From NCBI RefSeq assembly GCF_054482595.1, contig NZ_CM137008.1: a DNA stretch of 64,000 nucleotides, one strand, 5' to 3'. Below the pieces are notes generated by a model. That model ran no database searches, had not been told where the DNA came from, and saw only the letters and a program-made list of their open reading frames with translations. The translations under genes and the position numbers were made by a program. This document shows positions 12,424 to 21,679 of this stretch, in pieces; the stretch's first letter is position 1; each line of letters opens with the position of its first letter.

Positions 12424-12526
12424 TATGCCGGATGCGGCGTGAACGCCTTATCCGGCCTACACAATCGTGTGAATTCAATAAATTGATCGATCCGCGTAGG
12501 CCTGATAAGCGTAGCGCATCAGGCAG
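12424..12526. repeat. REP/BIME elements in the ccmH-narP intergenic region
   Basis: GCCGGATGCGGCGTGAACGCCTTATCCGGCCTAC and an oppositely oriented GTAGGCCTGATAAGCGTAGCGCATCAGGC are both typical E. coli REP palindromes. Confidence 0.85.
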
Positions 12527-12577
12527 TTTTGCGTTTGTCATAAATCTCAGCCCGATGATAAATCCATCGGGCTATTT

Positions 12578-13225
12578 TTATTGTGCCCCGCGTTGTTGCA
12601 GGAACAGAATGGTGGCTGCCACGCGTGAGCGGACATTGAGTTTGCGCAGCAGATTGCGAATATGTACTTTTACTGTCTGCTCGGAAATATTCAACACCGA
12701 GGCAATCTGTTTATTTGACAGCCCCTGTGCCAGCTCGTGCAGAACATCCAGCTCGCGCTCCGTCAGCACGCTGAAGGGATCTTCTTCCGCGCCAAACATT
12801 TCACGTTCATGTAAGTACTGATTGACGCGTTCGCTAAAGACTTTGCTGCCTTTCGCTCCGGCACGAATCGCTTCCAGCAAAACTTCCGGGTCGCTGTCTT
12901 TCAACAGATAACCGTCTGCGCCTGCGTCTATCAGCGCAAAGACATCGCTGGAGGCATCTGATACGGTCAGGATAATAATTTGCGCGGTAACGCCATCCCT
13001 GCGCAAGGCATTGAGGGTATCCAGGCCACTCATACCTTTCATATTGAGATCCAGCAAGATCACGTCGATATCCAGTCTATTAGCCAGATCGATCGCGCTC
13101 GCGCCGTCGCCTGCTTCGGCGACCACTTCAAAGCCAGGATCAAGCTCCAGTAACTGACGAACACCGCGTCGCATAAGTGGATGATCATCCACAATCATCA
13201 CCTGAAAAGGCGTTGCTTCAGGCAT
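12578..13225 (-). CDS. narP: nitrate/nitrite response regulator NarP
   Basis: The start was chosen at MPEATPFQVMIVDDHPLMRRG (215 aa). The protein has a receiver domain and a LuxR-type HTH. Confidence 0.95.
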   Translation of the reverse strand: MPEATPFQVMIVDDHPLMRRGVRQLLELDPGFEVVAEAGDGASAIDLANRLDIDVILLDLNMKGMSGLDTLNALRRDGVTAQIIILTVSDASSDVFALIDAGADGYLLKDSDPEVLLEAIRAGAKGSKVFSERVNQYLHEREMFGAEEDPFSVLTERELDVLHELAQGLSNKQIASVLNISEQTVKVHIRNLLRKLNVRSRVAATILFLQQRGAQ

Positions 13226-13544
13226 AGTAGTCTCCTGAGGTTTTATTAGAATCATTATGTTTGAGCGTAGCGTTGGTATCGCTACCAGGCGCGTGAATGT
13301 TACCCCATTTTATGTATGGACATGTAGTGAAAACTACAACCTTGTCGTTCGTTTTGGCATCATTTTCATTATAAAGACGGAATTTTGCATCAGCTTCTCA
13401 TCAAGAAAAACAACTAAAAAATCAATCACAATACTTGTGCATTTCTTTAAACAGTTTTTAAAAACTGATTCCGGGTATGGAGCTATGGGTATTTTCTGTA
13501 CCCAATGCTTTTAACAGCAATTAATTTCATAGGATGAAAGCTCA

Positions 13545-16136
13545 ATGCATCAATCTGGTTCTGTTTCTCTTTGTCGTTCCGCAATATCTGTTCTGGTGGC
13601 TACAGCGTTATATTCACCCATAGCATTGGCATCAACAGTTGAGTATGGTGAGACAGTTGATGGTGTTGTCCTGGAAAAAGATATCCAGCTGGTTTATGGG
13701 ACCGCCAATAATACGAAAATCAATCCTGGCGGAGAACAGCATATTAAAGAATTTGGTATAAGTAGTAATACTGAAATTAACGGCGGGTATCAGTACATTG
13801 AAATGAATGGCACCGCAGAATACTCCGTATTAAATGATGGTTATCAAATTGTTCAAATGGGTGGCGCGGCAAACCAGACTACCCTCAATAATGGTGTGCT
13901 ACAGGTTTATGGCGCAGCGAATGATCCCACGATTAAAGGCGGGCGCTTAATCGTTGAAAAAGATGGGATTACCGTCCTTGCCGCTATCGAAAAGGGAGGA
14001 TTACTGGAGGTTAAAGAGGGGGGATTAGCGATTGCGGTAGATCAGAAAGCAGGCGGTGCTATTAAAGCAACCACGCGGGTCATGGAGGTATTCGGAACAA
14101 ACCGTCTCGGTCAGTTCGATATCAAGAATGGAATTGCAAACAATATGCTGTTGGAAAACGGCGGAAGTTTGCGAGTTGAAGAAAATGACTTCGCTTATAA
14201 TACTACTGTAGATAGTGGCGGCTTACTGGAGGTTATGGATGGCGGGACTGCAACTGGCGTTGATAAAAAAGCAGGCGGAAAATTAATTGTCTCAACGAAT
14301 GCGCTGGAAGTGAGTGGTACAAACAGTAAAGGCCAATTTAGTATAAAAGATGGTGTGTCAAAAAATTATGAACTGGATGATGGTTCCGGGCTTATTGTTA
14401 TGGAGGACACGCAGGCCATTGACACTATCCTTGATGAGCATGCCACTATGCAATCGCTGGGAAAGGATACTGGTACGAGAGTGCAGGCAAATGCGGTATA
14501 TGATCTCGGTCGATCAGATCAGAATGGAAGTATAACGTATTCCTCTAAAGCCATCTCTGAAAATATGGTTATCAACAATGGCCGCGCTAACGTCTGGGCT
14601 GGCACAATGGTTAACGTTTCAGTCAGAGGGAATGATGGCATTCTTGAGGTCATGAAGCCGCAAATAAATTATGCACCCGCAATGTTGGTGGGTAAGGTAG
14701 TGGTTTCTGAGGGCGCTTCTTTTAGAACGCATGGTGCCGTGGATACCAGCAAAGCGGACGTTTCGCTCGAAAATAGCGTATGGACCATCATTGCCGATAT
14801 CACTACGACGAACCAAAACACCCTCCTCAACTTAGCCAACCTTGCGATGTCTGACGCAAATGTGATTATGATGGATGAGCCAGTGACTCGTTCATCAGTG
14901 ACGGCAAGTGCGGAAAATTTCATTACGTTGACCACCAATACCCTGTCGGGAAACGGCAATTTTTATATGCGTACCGATATGGCTAATCATCAGAGCGATC
15001 AGCTCAACGTCACCGGTCAGGCAACAGGTGATTTCAAAATATTCGTGACGGACACCGGTGCCAGCCCGGCAGCAGGAGATAGCCTTACACTGGTAACAAC
15101 GGGCGGCGGTGATGCTGCATTTACGTTGGGCAATGCCGGAGGCGTTGTTGATATCGGTACGTATGAATATACCTTGCTGGATAATGGTAACCATAGCTGG
15201 AGTCTGGCAGAGAATCGCGCGCAAATTACCCCTTCAACCACTGATGTGCTGAATATGGCGGCCGCACAACCGCTGGTATTTGATGCAGAACTGGACACCG
15301 TGCGTGAGCGTCTTGGTAGCGTAAAAGGCGTTAGTTACGATACGGCGATGTGGAGTTCGGCAATTAACACCCGCAACAACGTGACCACTGATGCGGGAGC
15401 TGGTTTTGAGCAAACATTGACGGGCCTGACGCTCGGTATCGATAGCCGTTTCTCCCGTGAAGAAAGCAGCACAATTCGCGGCTTGTTCTTTGGTTACTCT
15501 CATTCTGATATTGGTTTTGATCGCGGCGGAAAAGGTAATATCGATAGCTATACCCTGGGGGCTTATGCCGGTTGGGAGCATCAGAACGGTGCCTATGTTG
15601 ATGGGGTGGTGAAAGTTGACCGTTTTGCCAACACCATCCATGGCAAGATGAGTAATGGGACAACAGCGTTTGGCGATTACAATAGTAACGGCGCGGGTGC
15701 TCATGTTGAGAGCGGGTTCCGTTGGGTTGACGGATTGTGGAGTGTTAGACCCTATCTGGCCTTTACCGGCTTTACCACAGATGGTCAGGACTACACGTTA
15801 TCAAACGGCATGCGCGCGGACGTGGGAAATACCCGGATATTACGCGCTGAAGCGGGAACGGCGGTAAGCTATCACATGGACCTGCAAAACGGTACGACGC
15901 TGGAACCCTGGCTGAAAGCCGCCGTACGTCAGGAATACGCCGATTCTAACCAGGTGAAAGTTAATGACGATGGCAAATTTAATAATGATGTGGCTGGAAC
16001 CCGTGGCGTTTATCAGGCTGGGATAAGGTCATCGTTTACCCCGACGTTAAGCGGTCATTTGTCAGTCAGCTATGGCAATGGCGCAGGGGTAGAATCGCCG
16101 TGGAATACTCAGGCGGGTGTGGTCTGGACGTTCTGA
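13545..16136 (+). CDS. yejO: AIDA-type autotransporter adhesin YejO, uninterrupted
   Basis: The 863-aa ORF has a signal peptide. Its passenger domain has repetitive GG/NxG beta-helix repeats. The C-terminal beta-barrel ends in VWTF. Confidence 0.9.
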   Translation: MHQSGSVSLCRSAISVLVATALYSPIALASTVEYGETVDGVVLEKDIQLVYGTANNTKINPGGEQHIKEFGISSNTEINGGYQYIEMNGTAEYSVLNDGYQIVQMGGAANQTTLNNGVLQVYGAANDPTIKGGRLIVEKDGITVLAAIEKGGLLEVKEGGLAIAVDQKAGGAIKATTRVMEVFGTNRLGQFDIKNGIANNMLLENGGSLRVEENDFAYNTTVDSGGLLEVMDGGTATGVDKKAGGKLIVSTNALEVSGTNSKGQFSIKDGVSKNYELDDGSGLIVMEDTQAIDTILDEHATMQSLGKDTGTRVQANAVYDLGRSDQNGSITYSSKAISENMVINNGRANVWAGTMVNVSVRGNDGILEVMKPQINYAPAMLVGKVVVSEGASFRTHGAVDTSKADVSLENSVWTIIADITTTNQNTLLNLANLAMSDANVIMMDEPVTRSSVTASAENFITLTTNTLSGNGNFYMRTDMANHQSDQLNVTGQATGDFKIFVTDTGASPAAGDSLTLVTTGGGDAAFTLGNAGGVVDIGTYEYTLLDNGNHSWSLAENRAQITPSTTDVLNMAAAQPLVFDAELDTVRERLGSVKGVSYDTAMWSSAINTRNNVTTDAGAGFEQTLTGLTLGIDSRFSREESSTIRGLFFGYSHSDIGFDRGGKGNIDSYTLGAYAGWEHQNGAYVDGVVKVDRFANTIHGKMSNGTTAFGDYNSNGAGAHVESGFRWVDGLWSVRPYLAFTGFTTDGQDYTLSNGMRADVGNTRILRAEAGTAVSYHMDLQNGTTLEPWLKAAVRQEYADSNQVKVNDDGKFNNDVAGTRGVYQAGIRSSFTPTLSGHLSVSYGNGAGVESPWNTQAGVVWTF

Positions 16137-16228
16137 TAACAGAAAATAAACAGGCTGTGATGTGTCACGGTCTGTTTATCGAATTAATTGCAGATATAAA
16201 AAAACCAACCGTAAGGGTTGGTTTTTTT

Positions 16229-16285
16229 GGGATTTTTGGTCGGCACGAGAGGATTTGAACCTCCGACCCCCGACACCCCATGACG
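16229..16285. repeat. attL: 57-bp duplicate of the 3' part of tRNA-Pro(GGG)
   Basis: This segment is identical to 55706-55762. It is preceded by a stem-loop AAAAACCAACCgtaaGGGTTGGTTTTT (16197-16228), which I read as the native proL terminator. Confidence 0.92.
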
Positions 16286-16654
16286 CCGCTTGAAAAATGC
16301 TGAGAACCGCGCAATCGCTGGTGGTAGGTACTATTCGCATGTATAAACAAACAGTGCTTTTTTAGCAAAATCCGTTCTATATACATCAATGACTTAGGTG
16401 GTGGTTTCTCCCCATGCCACAAGTAGTGTTGAGCTTTACTGAAGCCACTCCATTGGCCTCTACATGGAAACTAACAAGAAAATGTCAGTTGAAGGAGTTT
16501 TATAAATTCATGTTTTCTTCTTCAGGACAACCCATCACCCGCAGGCACCGCCTGCGGGAATTTTGCGACTGTGTTCGTTTTAAATTATAGATGCATCACC
16601 TGATATTCGTGACATACAAACTATGCATTAGCCAGATCTATACTGGATAAGTAT

Positions 16655-18406
16655 TCATTCTAATGCCTTCTCAATGTTTGTATTTATTTCTGATAAACTA
16701 TTAATTACACCGTCAAATACAAAATCAAGAGCGTTACTATAACCAATTGCTAAAGTAGCTGAATCAAATCCTAGTTTTGCTAAATGCTCAATTGATTTGT
16801 TTACTGCTTCATGAGCTTCAGCATTTCTTAAATCATTATTTATAAAAAACGATGCCACTTTTTTATTTTGAGTTTTAAAATCTGCAAATTCTGTGGCGTG
16901 CTTAAGTACAGATGAGTCTTCATTCTGTTCAATAATTGGCTCGATAAGGTTAAGTAATGATTGAAGTAGTTTCAGAGTTTGGAATTTTTCGATGTCTGAT
17001 TTATTAACACCCATTGCAATTAATAATTTTTTTAAAGAGCCTGATTTAATCTTATTTAAAATCTCATTAATAGTCTTACATCTATTCAAAAAATCCGGTT
17101 CTTGCATGTCATTTGGCGCAACAAATGCTAGCTTCTGCAATACTGGATAGTTAGAGATTCCTTCTGATTCTAACTCTGTGCGATTAATTTCTAAAATGTC
17201 TGCATTGGATAAAGTAACACCAATACTTCTACCAAGTGCTACAAGATTATCGCTAAGTCTTGCTAGTTCTCTAGCGAATTTAAATGTTTTAGATACAATA
17301 TGTTCTCCGCTTAAATCATTTTCAGTGATTTGGTTTGGATCCTTAGCATAATCAAAAACATGATAAACCTCCTCTTCAGGAATTCCTCGATACAGCTCAT
17401 AAAACGGAATTCTGACTAAGTTTCTTCCAACCCTGATGCAATCCCTAAAGGACCATTGTCCACCGTAGCTTGGAGCAACCCTATAAGAATAGCCGTCATA
17501 AAATGGAATAGCATCATATGAAGAATCTTTTTCATATTTAGTAAGGAAAGAGTCATTAACCAAGACATATTCATTGTTTCTGATGTCTTTGGCTCTTGAA
17601 CTCGTCATAGGAGTATCATATCCCGGCCATATTAATTCATCTATATTTAATTTTTTACAAAGTTCAGGCTGAACAGATTGTACACTTCCCCATGCTTGCA
17701 ATAATATATTGTCCCCATTATCTACTATCTCAAAATCTATCCAAGGCAAATCAAACTTGAAATGTTTTGACCCAGACAATAAGTTAATTACTTCCGTCGT
17801 TCTTTGAATACGTGCTTCATAGTAAAAAACACGTACACCAACATAATTTCTCATCCAGAGGTATTTTCTTAGATAATCATTACGCATTGTCCATTTTACA
17901 TCTTTATTACTTCTAAAGTAATACTCGCTTGACACATCCCCTTGTGCGACTCCATAATCGGGCAAGCTTACCTCATCGAAAATGACTTTTTGCTCAGTGT
18001 CACCTATAAGTCTGGGTTTTAGACCAAGCATCATCCATACATCTTCAGCTAAAAAAAATGAAAAGTGAGAACTATCACCCCAAGAAGCTACAATATACTT
18101 ATAACCTGAAATTGATAAACTATAATCTCTTGCTCCGCCTTTAGACCTACAGTCAGGAGTCGAAAATGAAACTAAACCATTAGTAGACTCCTGGAGAACT
18201 TTGATATTATTGATATCTTCTTGTGGTACGGTAGCCATTGTCATATGAGCACACTCATGATTATCTTTAAAAAGATTTTTTTCGTATCTATGTGTGACAA
18301 TGACCTCTTTCTGTGGATTAGTAATATCCTCTATAGATAATAAATCTTTAAGACCTTGAGGGATCTGATCTACTGGTAAAGGTAATTGTGATATATAGTC
18401 AATCAT
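16655..18406 (-). CDS. 583-aa accessory protein with an unrecognised N-terminal region and a C-terminal HEPN-like domain (R-N-A-E-A-H)
   Basis: The ORF is AT-rich. The Rx4H motif is encoded at 16811-16828 (AGA AAT GCT GAA GCT CAT on the minus strand) within an alpha-helical-looking C-terminus. The gene lies between attL and int. Confidence 0.75.
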   Translation of the reverse strand: MIDYISQLPLPVDQIPQGLKDLLSIEDITNPQKEVIVTHRYEKNLFKDNHECAHMTMATVPQEDINNIKVLQESTNGLVSFSTPDCRSKGGARDYSLSISGYKYIVASWGDSSHFSFFLAEDVWMMLGLKPRLIGDTEQKVIFDEVSLPDYGVAQGDVSSEYYFRSNKDVKWTMRNDYLRKYLWMRNYVGVRVFYYEARIQRTTEVINLLSGSKHFKFDLPWIDFEIVDNGDNILLQAWGSVQSVQPELCKKLNIDELIWPGYDTPMTSSRAKDIRNNEYVLVNDSFLTKYEKDSSYDAIPFYDGYSYRVAPSYGGQWSFRDCIRVGRNLVRIPFYELYRGIPEEEVYHVFDYAKDPNQITENDLSGEHIVSKTFKFARELARLSDNLVALGRSIGVTLSNADILEINRTELESEGISNYPVLQKLAFVAPNDMQEPDFLNRCKTINEILNKIKSGSLKKLLIAMGVNKSDIEKFQTLKLLQSLLNLIEPIIEQNEDSSVLKHATEFADFKTQNKKVASFFINNDLRNAEAHEAVNKSIEHLAKLGFDSATLAIGYSNALDFVFDGVINSLSEINTNIEKALE

Positions 18407-18728
18407 TATAATTTATGCCTTCTATGCTCAGTATTAAATTAAATATTAAATCGAAGTCATCCCCTTGGCAACCTAAATCGTTTGCTGCTAGTACTTCAGT
18501 GTAAGATTAATTATGCAATAGTTTGCAATTGAAATATCTTAAGCTGTAGAAAAATCAATCATACTGATACCTTTTACTTAAGTTTCACTCCTAGGCATGA
18601 TGAACGCTTCCTCAAGATACAGTATTACGCTATGCCTGCAACTTTCACTTGTGGCATAGTAAACCTTTCAATTTAGGTTTAGCCCTGTATAGTAGTAATG
18701 CACGCTTCAAATCTGAGCTAATAAAATT

Positions 18729-19913
18729 TTAACTGGCTTTAATTTCTCCATGTGGTACGACAACCCAATCAATATGGTTTTGCGTATAAATCTTGGTTGA
18801 CTTGGAGTCGCTGTGCGCCATTCGTGCTTGCGGATCGATACCTTGCTGATCGAAAAGATACGCTGCTAATGCTCTAATTTCGTGAAAGGTTGGTCTTTCA
18901 TCTATCGGTAGATTGTCGCATAAACCTAGCTTGTCACGTGTGGCTGAAAACGACCGGCTCAAATAGTCCGGTGCAACTTGAGTAGGGTGTGAAACCTCTT
19001 TGCTGCGTTTAACCTGCCGTTCAGGGATCCTGTGAACGACAAACGGACTGGCCACATTATCTCGGCTATCATCAATTATTCGTTTCAACTCTTCACCAAT
19101 CGGTATTGCAACGTGTGATGCCTCTTTTTTTTGCACTTTTTGCCTGTGGATGTAAAGCGTCCCATATATGCCATTTTGTGGTTGTTCGAACCAGACACAT
19201 CCACATATACCGTCTTTAGGTTCGCGAATTGAGTAACGGATTCGCGATACTTCGAGTCGTGCATGTGTAGTCTGCAATGCTAGGTCCATTGCTGTTCTTA
19301 ACCATGGTGCAGCGGCCTGCCTGATAGCTATAAAATGCTCGAGTGACAGGCGCCGTCTTTTCTTCTCATCAGTCCTACGCATTTTTTTTCTGATGGCCGG
19401 GTTATCCAGCATTAGTGATTCATCGACCGCATAAGAGAACAACTTTTTAAGGAAGCTGACCTTTCTGTTCTGCACATTTGCGGATGCGCAGGCATGATAT
19501 TTATTGATGTAGGTATTAACGTGTTCAAGTGCAATATCGCATGCTGGAACATTTACGAAAAACGCTTTTACGCGTAGAGCGTCATTTTTCCAGTCATCTA
19601 AGGTGCTCTGGGAAGGACGTTCGTCTTCGATAATCCGGGTCATTATGTGATCAACATGTTCAGCAAATGGTTTTGCTTCTCCGATAACACCGCCAGATTC
19701 TCTAATAAGATTATCTACTGATGGAGATAATTCTGGTCGCATCCTCAGGTTGTACTCTCTGGCGATTGCAATGGCTATTGCCCTATCCTTACCTATATTT
19801 TTCTTCTTTCCGGTAATAAGTGTGAATTTATAAACACCTCGATCTTTATCAAAAATCAGATAATCAGGAAGATGTCTGTATTCTTTTTTACGTGGCCTTG
19901 CCGCCATGGTCAC
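18729..19913 (-). CDS. int: tyrosine site-specific integrase
   Basis: The 394-aa ORF has a C-terminal HEIR ... HSDSKSTKIY catalytic signature. It is adjacent to attL. Confidence 0.93.
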   Translation of the reverse strand: MTMAARPRKKEYRHLPDYLIFDKDRGVYKFTLITGKKKNIGKDRAIAIAIAREYNLRMRPELSPSVDNLIRESGGVIGEAKPFAEHVDHIMTRIIEDERPSQSTLDDWKNDALRVKAFFVNVPACDIALEHVNTYINKYHACASANVQNRKVSFLKKLFSYAVDESLMLDNPAIRKKMRRTDEKKRRRLSLEHFIAIRQAAAPWLRTAMDLALQTTHARLEVSRIRYSIREPKDGICGCVWFEQPQNGIYGTLYIHRQKVQKKEASHVAIPIGEELKRIIDDSRDNVASPFVVHRIPERQVKRSKEVSHPTQVAPDYLSRSFSATRDKLGLCDNLPIDERPTFHEIRALAAYLFDQQGIDPQARMAHSDSKSTKIYTQNHIDWVVVPHGEIKAS

Positions 19914-20119
19914 CCCTCATTTATTAACTTGCGAACAGCTTGACTAACCATTGAGTCGACTCCCCATTTTTCTGTTTCGCAGACAAAAACAGAACCGTCC
20001 ACGATGCGTCCCATGAGTAGACCGTTCTCGACCCAACGTTTTATCGTTCGGTTGTCAGGAATTGAGCCATTAGAGAATTCACGGCGTCCCCATTGGCTCG
20101 CTTTCATTAGTTTTGCCAT
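19910..20119 (-). CDS. xis: excisionase-like small DNA-binding protein
   Basis: The start was chosen at MAKLMKASQW, with a GGAG Shine-Dalgarno about 7 nt upstream. The gene overlaps the int start by 4 nt. Confidence 0.7.
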   Translation of the reverse strand: MAKLMKASQWGRREFSNGSIPDNRTIKRWVENGLLMGRIVDGSVFVCETEKWGVDSMVSQAVRKLINEG

Positions 20120-20180
20120 GGCTGTTTCTCCACTTAGCCCGCTGCACACGGGTAGTAATATCAAATTCCAGTCCTGATAA

Positions 20181-20396
20181 TTAATTTTGTTCTCTGGTTG
20201 CTACTTGTTTTATTGGCCTGATGCTGTCCAGGAGCAGACGGCGGCGCATGTTTGGCGCGCCCCAACGGTAACCAGTCTTTTTGTCGTAGGATTCACAACG
20301 TCCGACAACCCAGGAGGTTTCAGTGGAATGTAATTTCATCCGCTTTTCACCGTCTCGGGTGATAACAATTCCTGTATGAGTTTTTATCACGCTCAT
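20181..20396 (-). CDS. hypothetical phage protein (71 aa)
   Basis: A GGAG Shine-Dalgarno lies 6 nt upstream. The gene is co-oriented with xis and int. Confidence 0.5.
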   Translation of the reverse strand: MSVIKTHTGIVITRDGEKRMKLHSTETSWVVGRCESYDKKTGYRWGAPNMRRRLLLDSIRPIKQVATREQN

Positions 20397-20598
20397 TTTT
20401 TATTCTCCGGTGCTTTCGGCATTACTGCCCAGTGGGTAATATTGACGTTTTCAAGGTCCCCGACCTGAAATGTCCACTGCCATTCTCCGGTTTCTTTTTG
20501 CCCCCAATGTGTACCAGAGAGAACGCCAGCCAATCAGCCAGCCTTCTCCATTAGCATCAAATAACAGAACACTTTCATGTCTGTTTTGTAAAAAGGAC

Positions 20599-20706
20599 GG
20601 TACCAGCCGGAAGCAAGGGTACAAGCTGGTACCTCCAAGACTACACACAGCATAAAGTTGTGGTGCCGGGTGCCTCCCGGTGCCTGGCGAAGGTTGCACA
20701 CCAGGC
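20599..20706 (+). other. GC-rich cluster of three consecutive hairpins (possible leader or ncRNA)
   Basis: Hairpin A pairs GGTACCAGC (20599-20607) with GCTGGTACC (20625-20633). Hairpin B pairs GGTGCCGGG (20662-20670) with CCCGGTGCC (20676-20684); its two G-U pairs are valid only on the + strand. Hairpin C pairs GCCTGG (20682-20687) with CCAGGC (20701-20706). Confidence 0.4.
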
Positions 20707-20920
20707 GGGTGGGTATCCACAGAAGGTCGACTGTCAGCCTCAACCTTTACCCGCGTGCGCTGAGCCGCATTCACCACAACGCTAAGGATTCTCTCTGGTT
20801 GAAAATACTTAGCTGTTATGTGCCTGCTTTTAGCCACATCAGGCGAGGTGGACCTAGTTATTCCCCAACAACAAGGATTTGGTTATTATGTAACCCTCCC
20901 CAACAACGATAAGGATTTAT

Positions 20921-21010
20921 ATGGAACGATGTGTAGATAAGTATGAGGAGAGGCATGTGCCGTTAAGGCAAAAGCCTCCAGTTCCTCCAAAACCACCCAA
21001 GGAAAACTGA
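20921..21010 (+). CDS. small ORF, 29 aa: MERCVDKYEERHVPLRQKPPVPPKPPKEN
   Basis: An AAGGA Shine-Dalgarno lies 5 nt upstream. The stop is 7 nt before the start of the 2-TM gene. The proline-rich tail is shared with two downstream small ORFs. Confidence 0.55.
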   Translation: MERCVDKYEERHVPLRQKPPVPPKPPKEN

Positions 21011-21017
21011 GACTAAT

Positions 21018-21512
21018 ATGACCAGAGACGATTATAAATTTTATATTCACTACTCTTATGTATTGGAGAAGATGAATTACACGTTGTTAACTCGTATTGA
21101 TAAATTAATAACGTTGATGTTAATCGTTCTCGGTTTTTCAGTTTTCGCCCCGTACAGTAATTTATTTATTTTCGGTTTGTTTGTTGCCGTACTTTCGGTT
21201 CTTCAGTTGGTCTATCAGTTCGGCCAGGAGGCTGGGATGTCTAAAGAACAAGCGAGGCATTACAAAAGACTGCTGATTGAGTCTGATACTCTTTCTGAAG
21301 ATCAGTTGCAAGCTAGGTATTTAAAAATCCAAGATACCGATAGTAATCCATGGAAATCACTTGAACGAGCGGCTTTCATTCGGGCCTGCATTTTTGCTGG
21401 TGTTCCAACTAAGTACGATCTAACAACCAAAGAAAAATTTATTGCTTGGTGTGCGGGAGATCTACCTCTAGAGAATGAACTAACGGATATTAATGATGAC
21501 CAACAAGCATAA
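21018..21512 (+). CDS. 164-aa two-transmembrane protein (SLATT-like topology)
   Basis: Two adjacent hydrophobic helices (LITLMLIVLGFSVFAPY and LFIFGLFVAVLSVLQLVY) are followed by a helical cytoplasmic tail. The gene is AT-rich and sits in the slot between xis and cI. Confidence 0.7.
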   Translation: MTRDDYKFYIHYSYVLEKMNYTLLTRIDKLITLMLIVLGFSVFAPYSNLFIFGLFVAVLSVLQLVYQFGQEAGMSKEQARHYKRLLIESDTLSEDQLQARYLKIQDTDSNPWKSLERAAFIRACIFAGVPTKYDLTTKEKFIAWCAGDLPLENELTDINDDQQA

Positions 21513-21567
21513 TCCAGTTCACGGACATGTACCTCCGAAGCCGAAACCACCGAAACCGAAGAAATGA
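21493..21567 (+). CDS. small ORF, 24 aa: MMTNKHNPVHGHVPPKPKPPKPKK
   Basis: It overlaps the last 20 nt of the 2-TM gene in another frame. I translated it by hand, because it is below the ORF-track cutoff. Confidence 0.45.
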   Translation: MMTNKHNPVHGHVPPKPKPPKPKK

Positions 21568-21586
21568 GACATAATAGGATTGGATA

Positions 21587-21655
21587 ATGAGTCGACCAAT
21601 AGAGCCTTTTCATATTCCACCTCGTCCCAGGCCACCAGATCCAGGCCCAAAGTGA
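21587..21655 (+). CDS. small ORF, 22 aa: MSRPIEPFHIPPRPRPPDPGPK
   Basis: An AGGA Shine-Dalgarno lies 7 nt upstream. An intrinsic terminator follows immediately. Confidence 0.5.
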   Translation: MSRPIEPFHIPPRPRPPDPGPK

Positions 21656-21679
21656 GGGTTACTGATTTTTAAAGAGCGA

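Noticed and set aside
16165-16422. An 85-aa ORF lies on the minus strand across attL.
   Set aside because: It spans the tRNA fragment and the terminator hairpin. It is an artefact of the att repeat.
16510-16584. A 24-codon ORF contains the hairpin CCCGCAGGCaccGCCTGCGGG near attL.
   Set aside because: The ORF is most likely incidental to the hairpin. Its peptide is not informative.
20451-20912. ORFs 20451-20837(-) and 20658-20912(+) lie in the gap between xis and the mini-ORF operon.
   Set aside because: They have no ribosome-binding sites and an odd Pro/Arg/Gly-rich composition. They overlap the hairpin cluster. I treat the region as a structured non-coding region or a decayed remnant.
21302-21613. 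A 103-aa ORF lies antisense to the 2-TM gene and the proline-rich mini-ORFs.
   Set aside because: It is antisense to a better-supported operon, has no Shine-Dalgarno and has an implausible composition.
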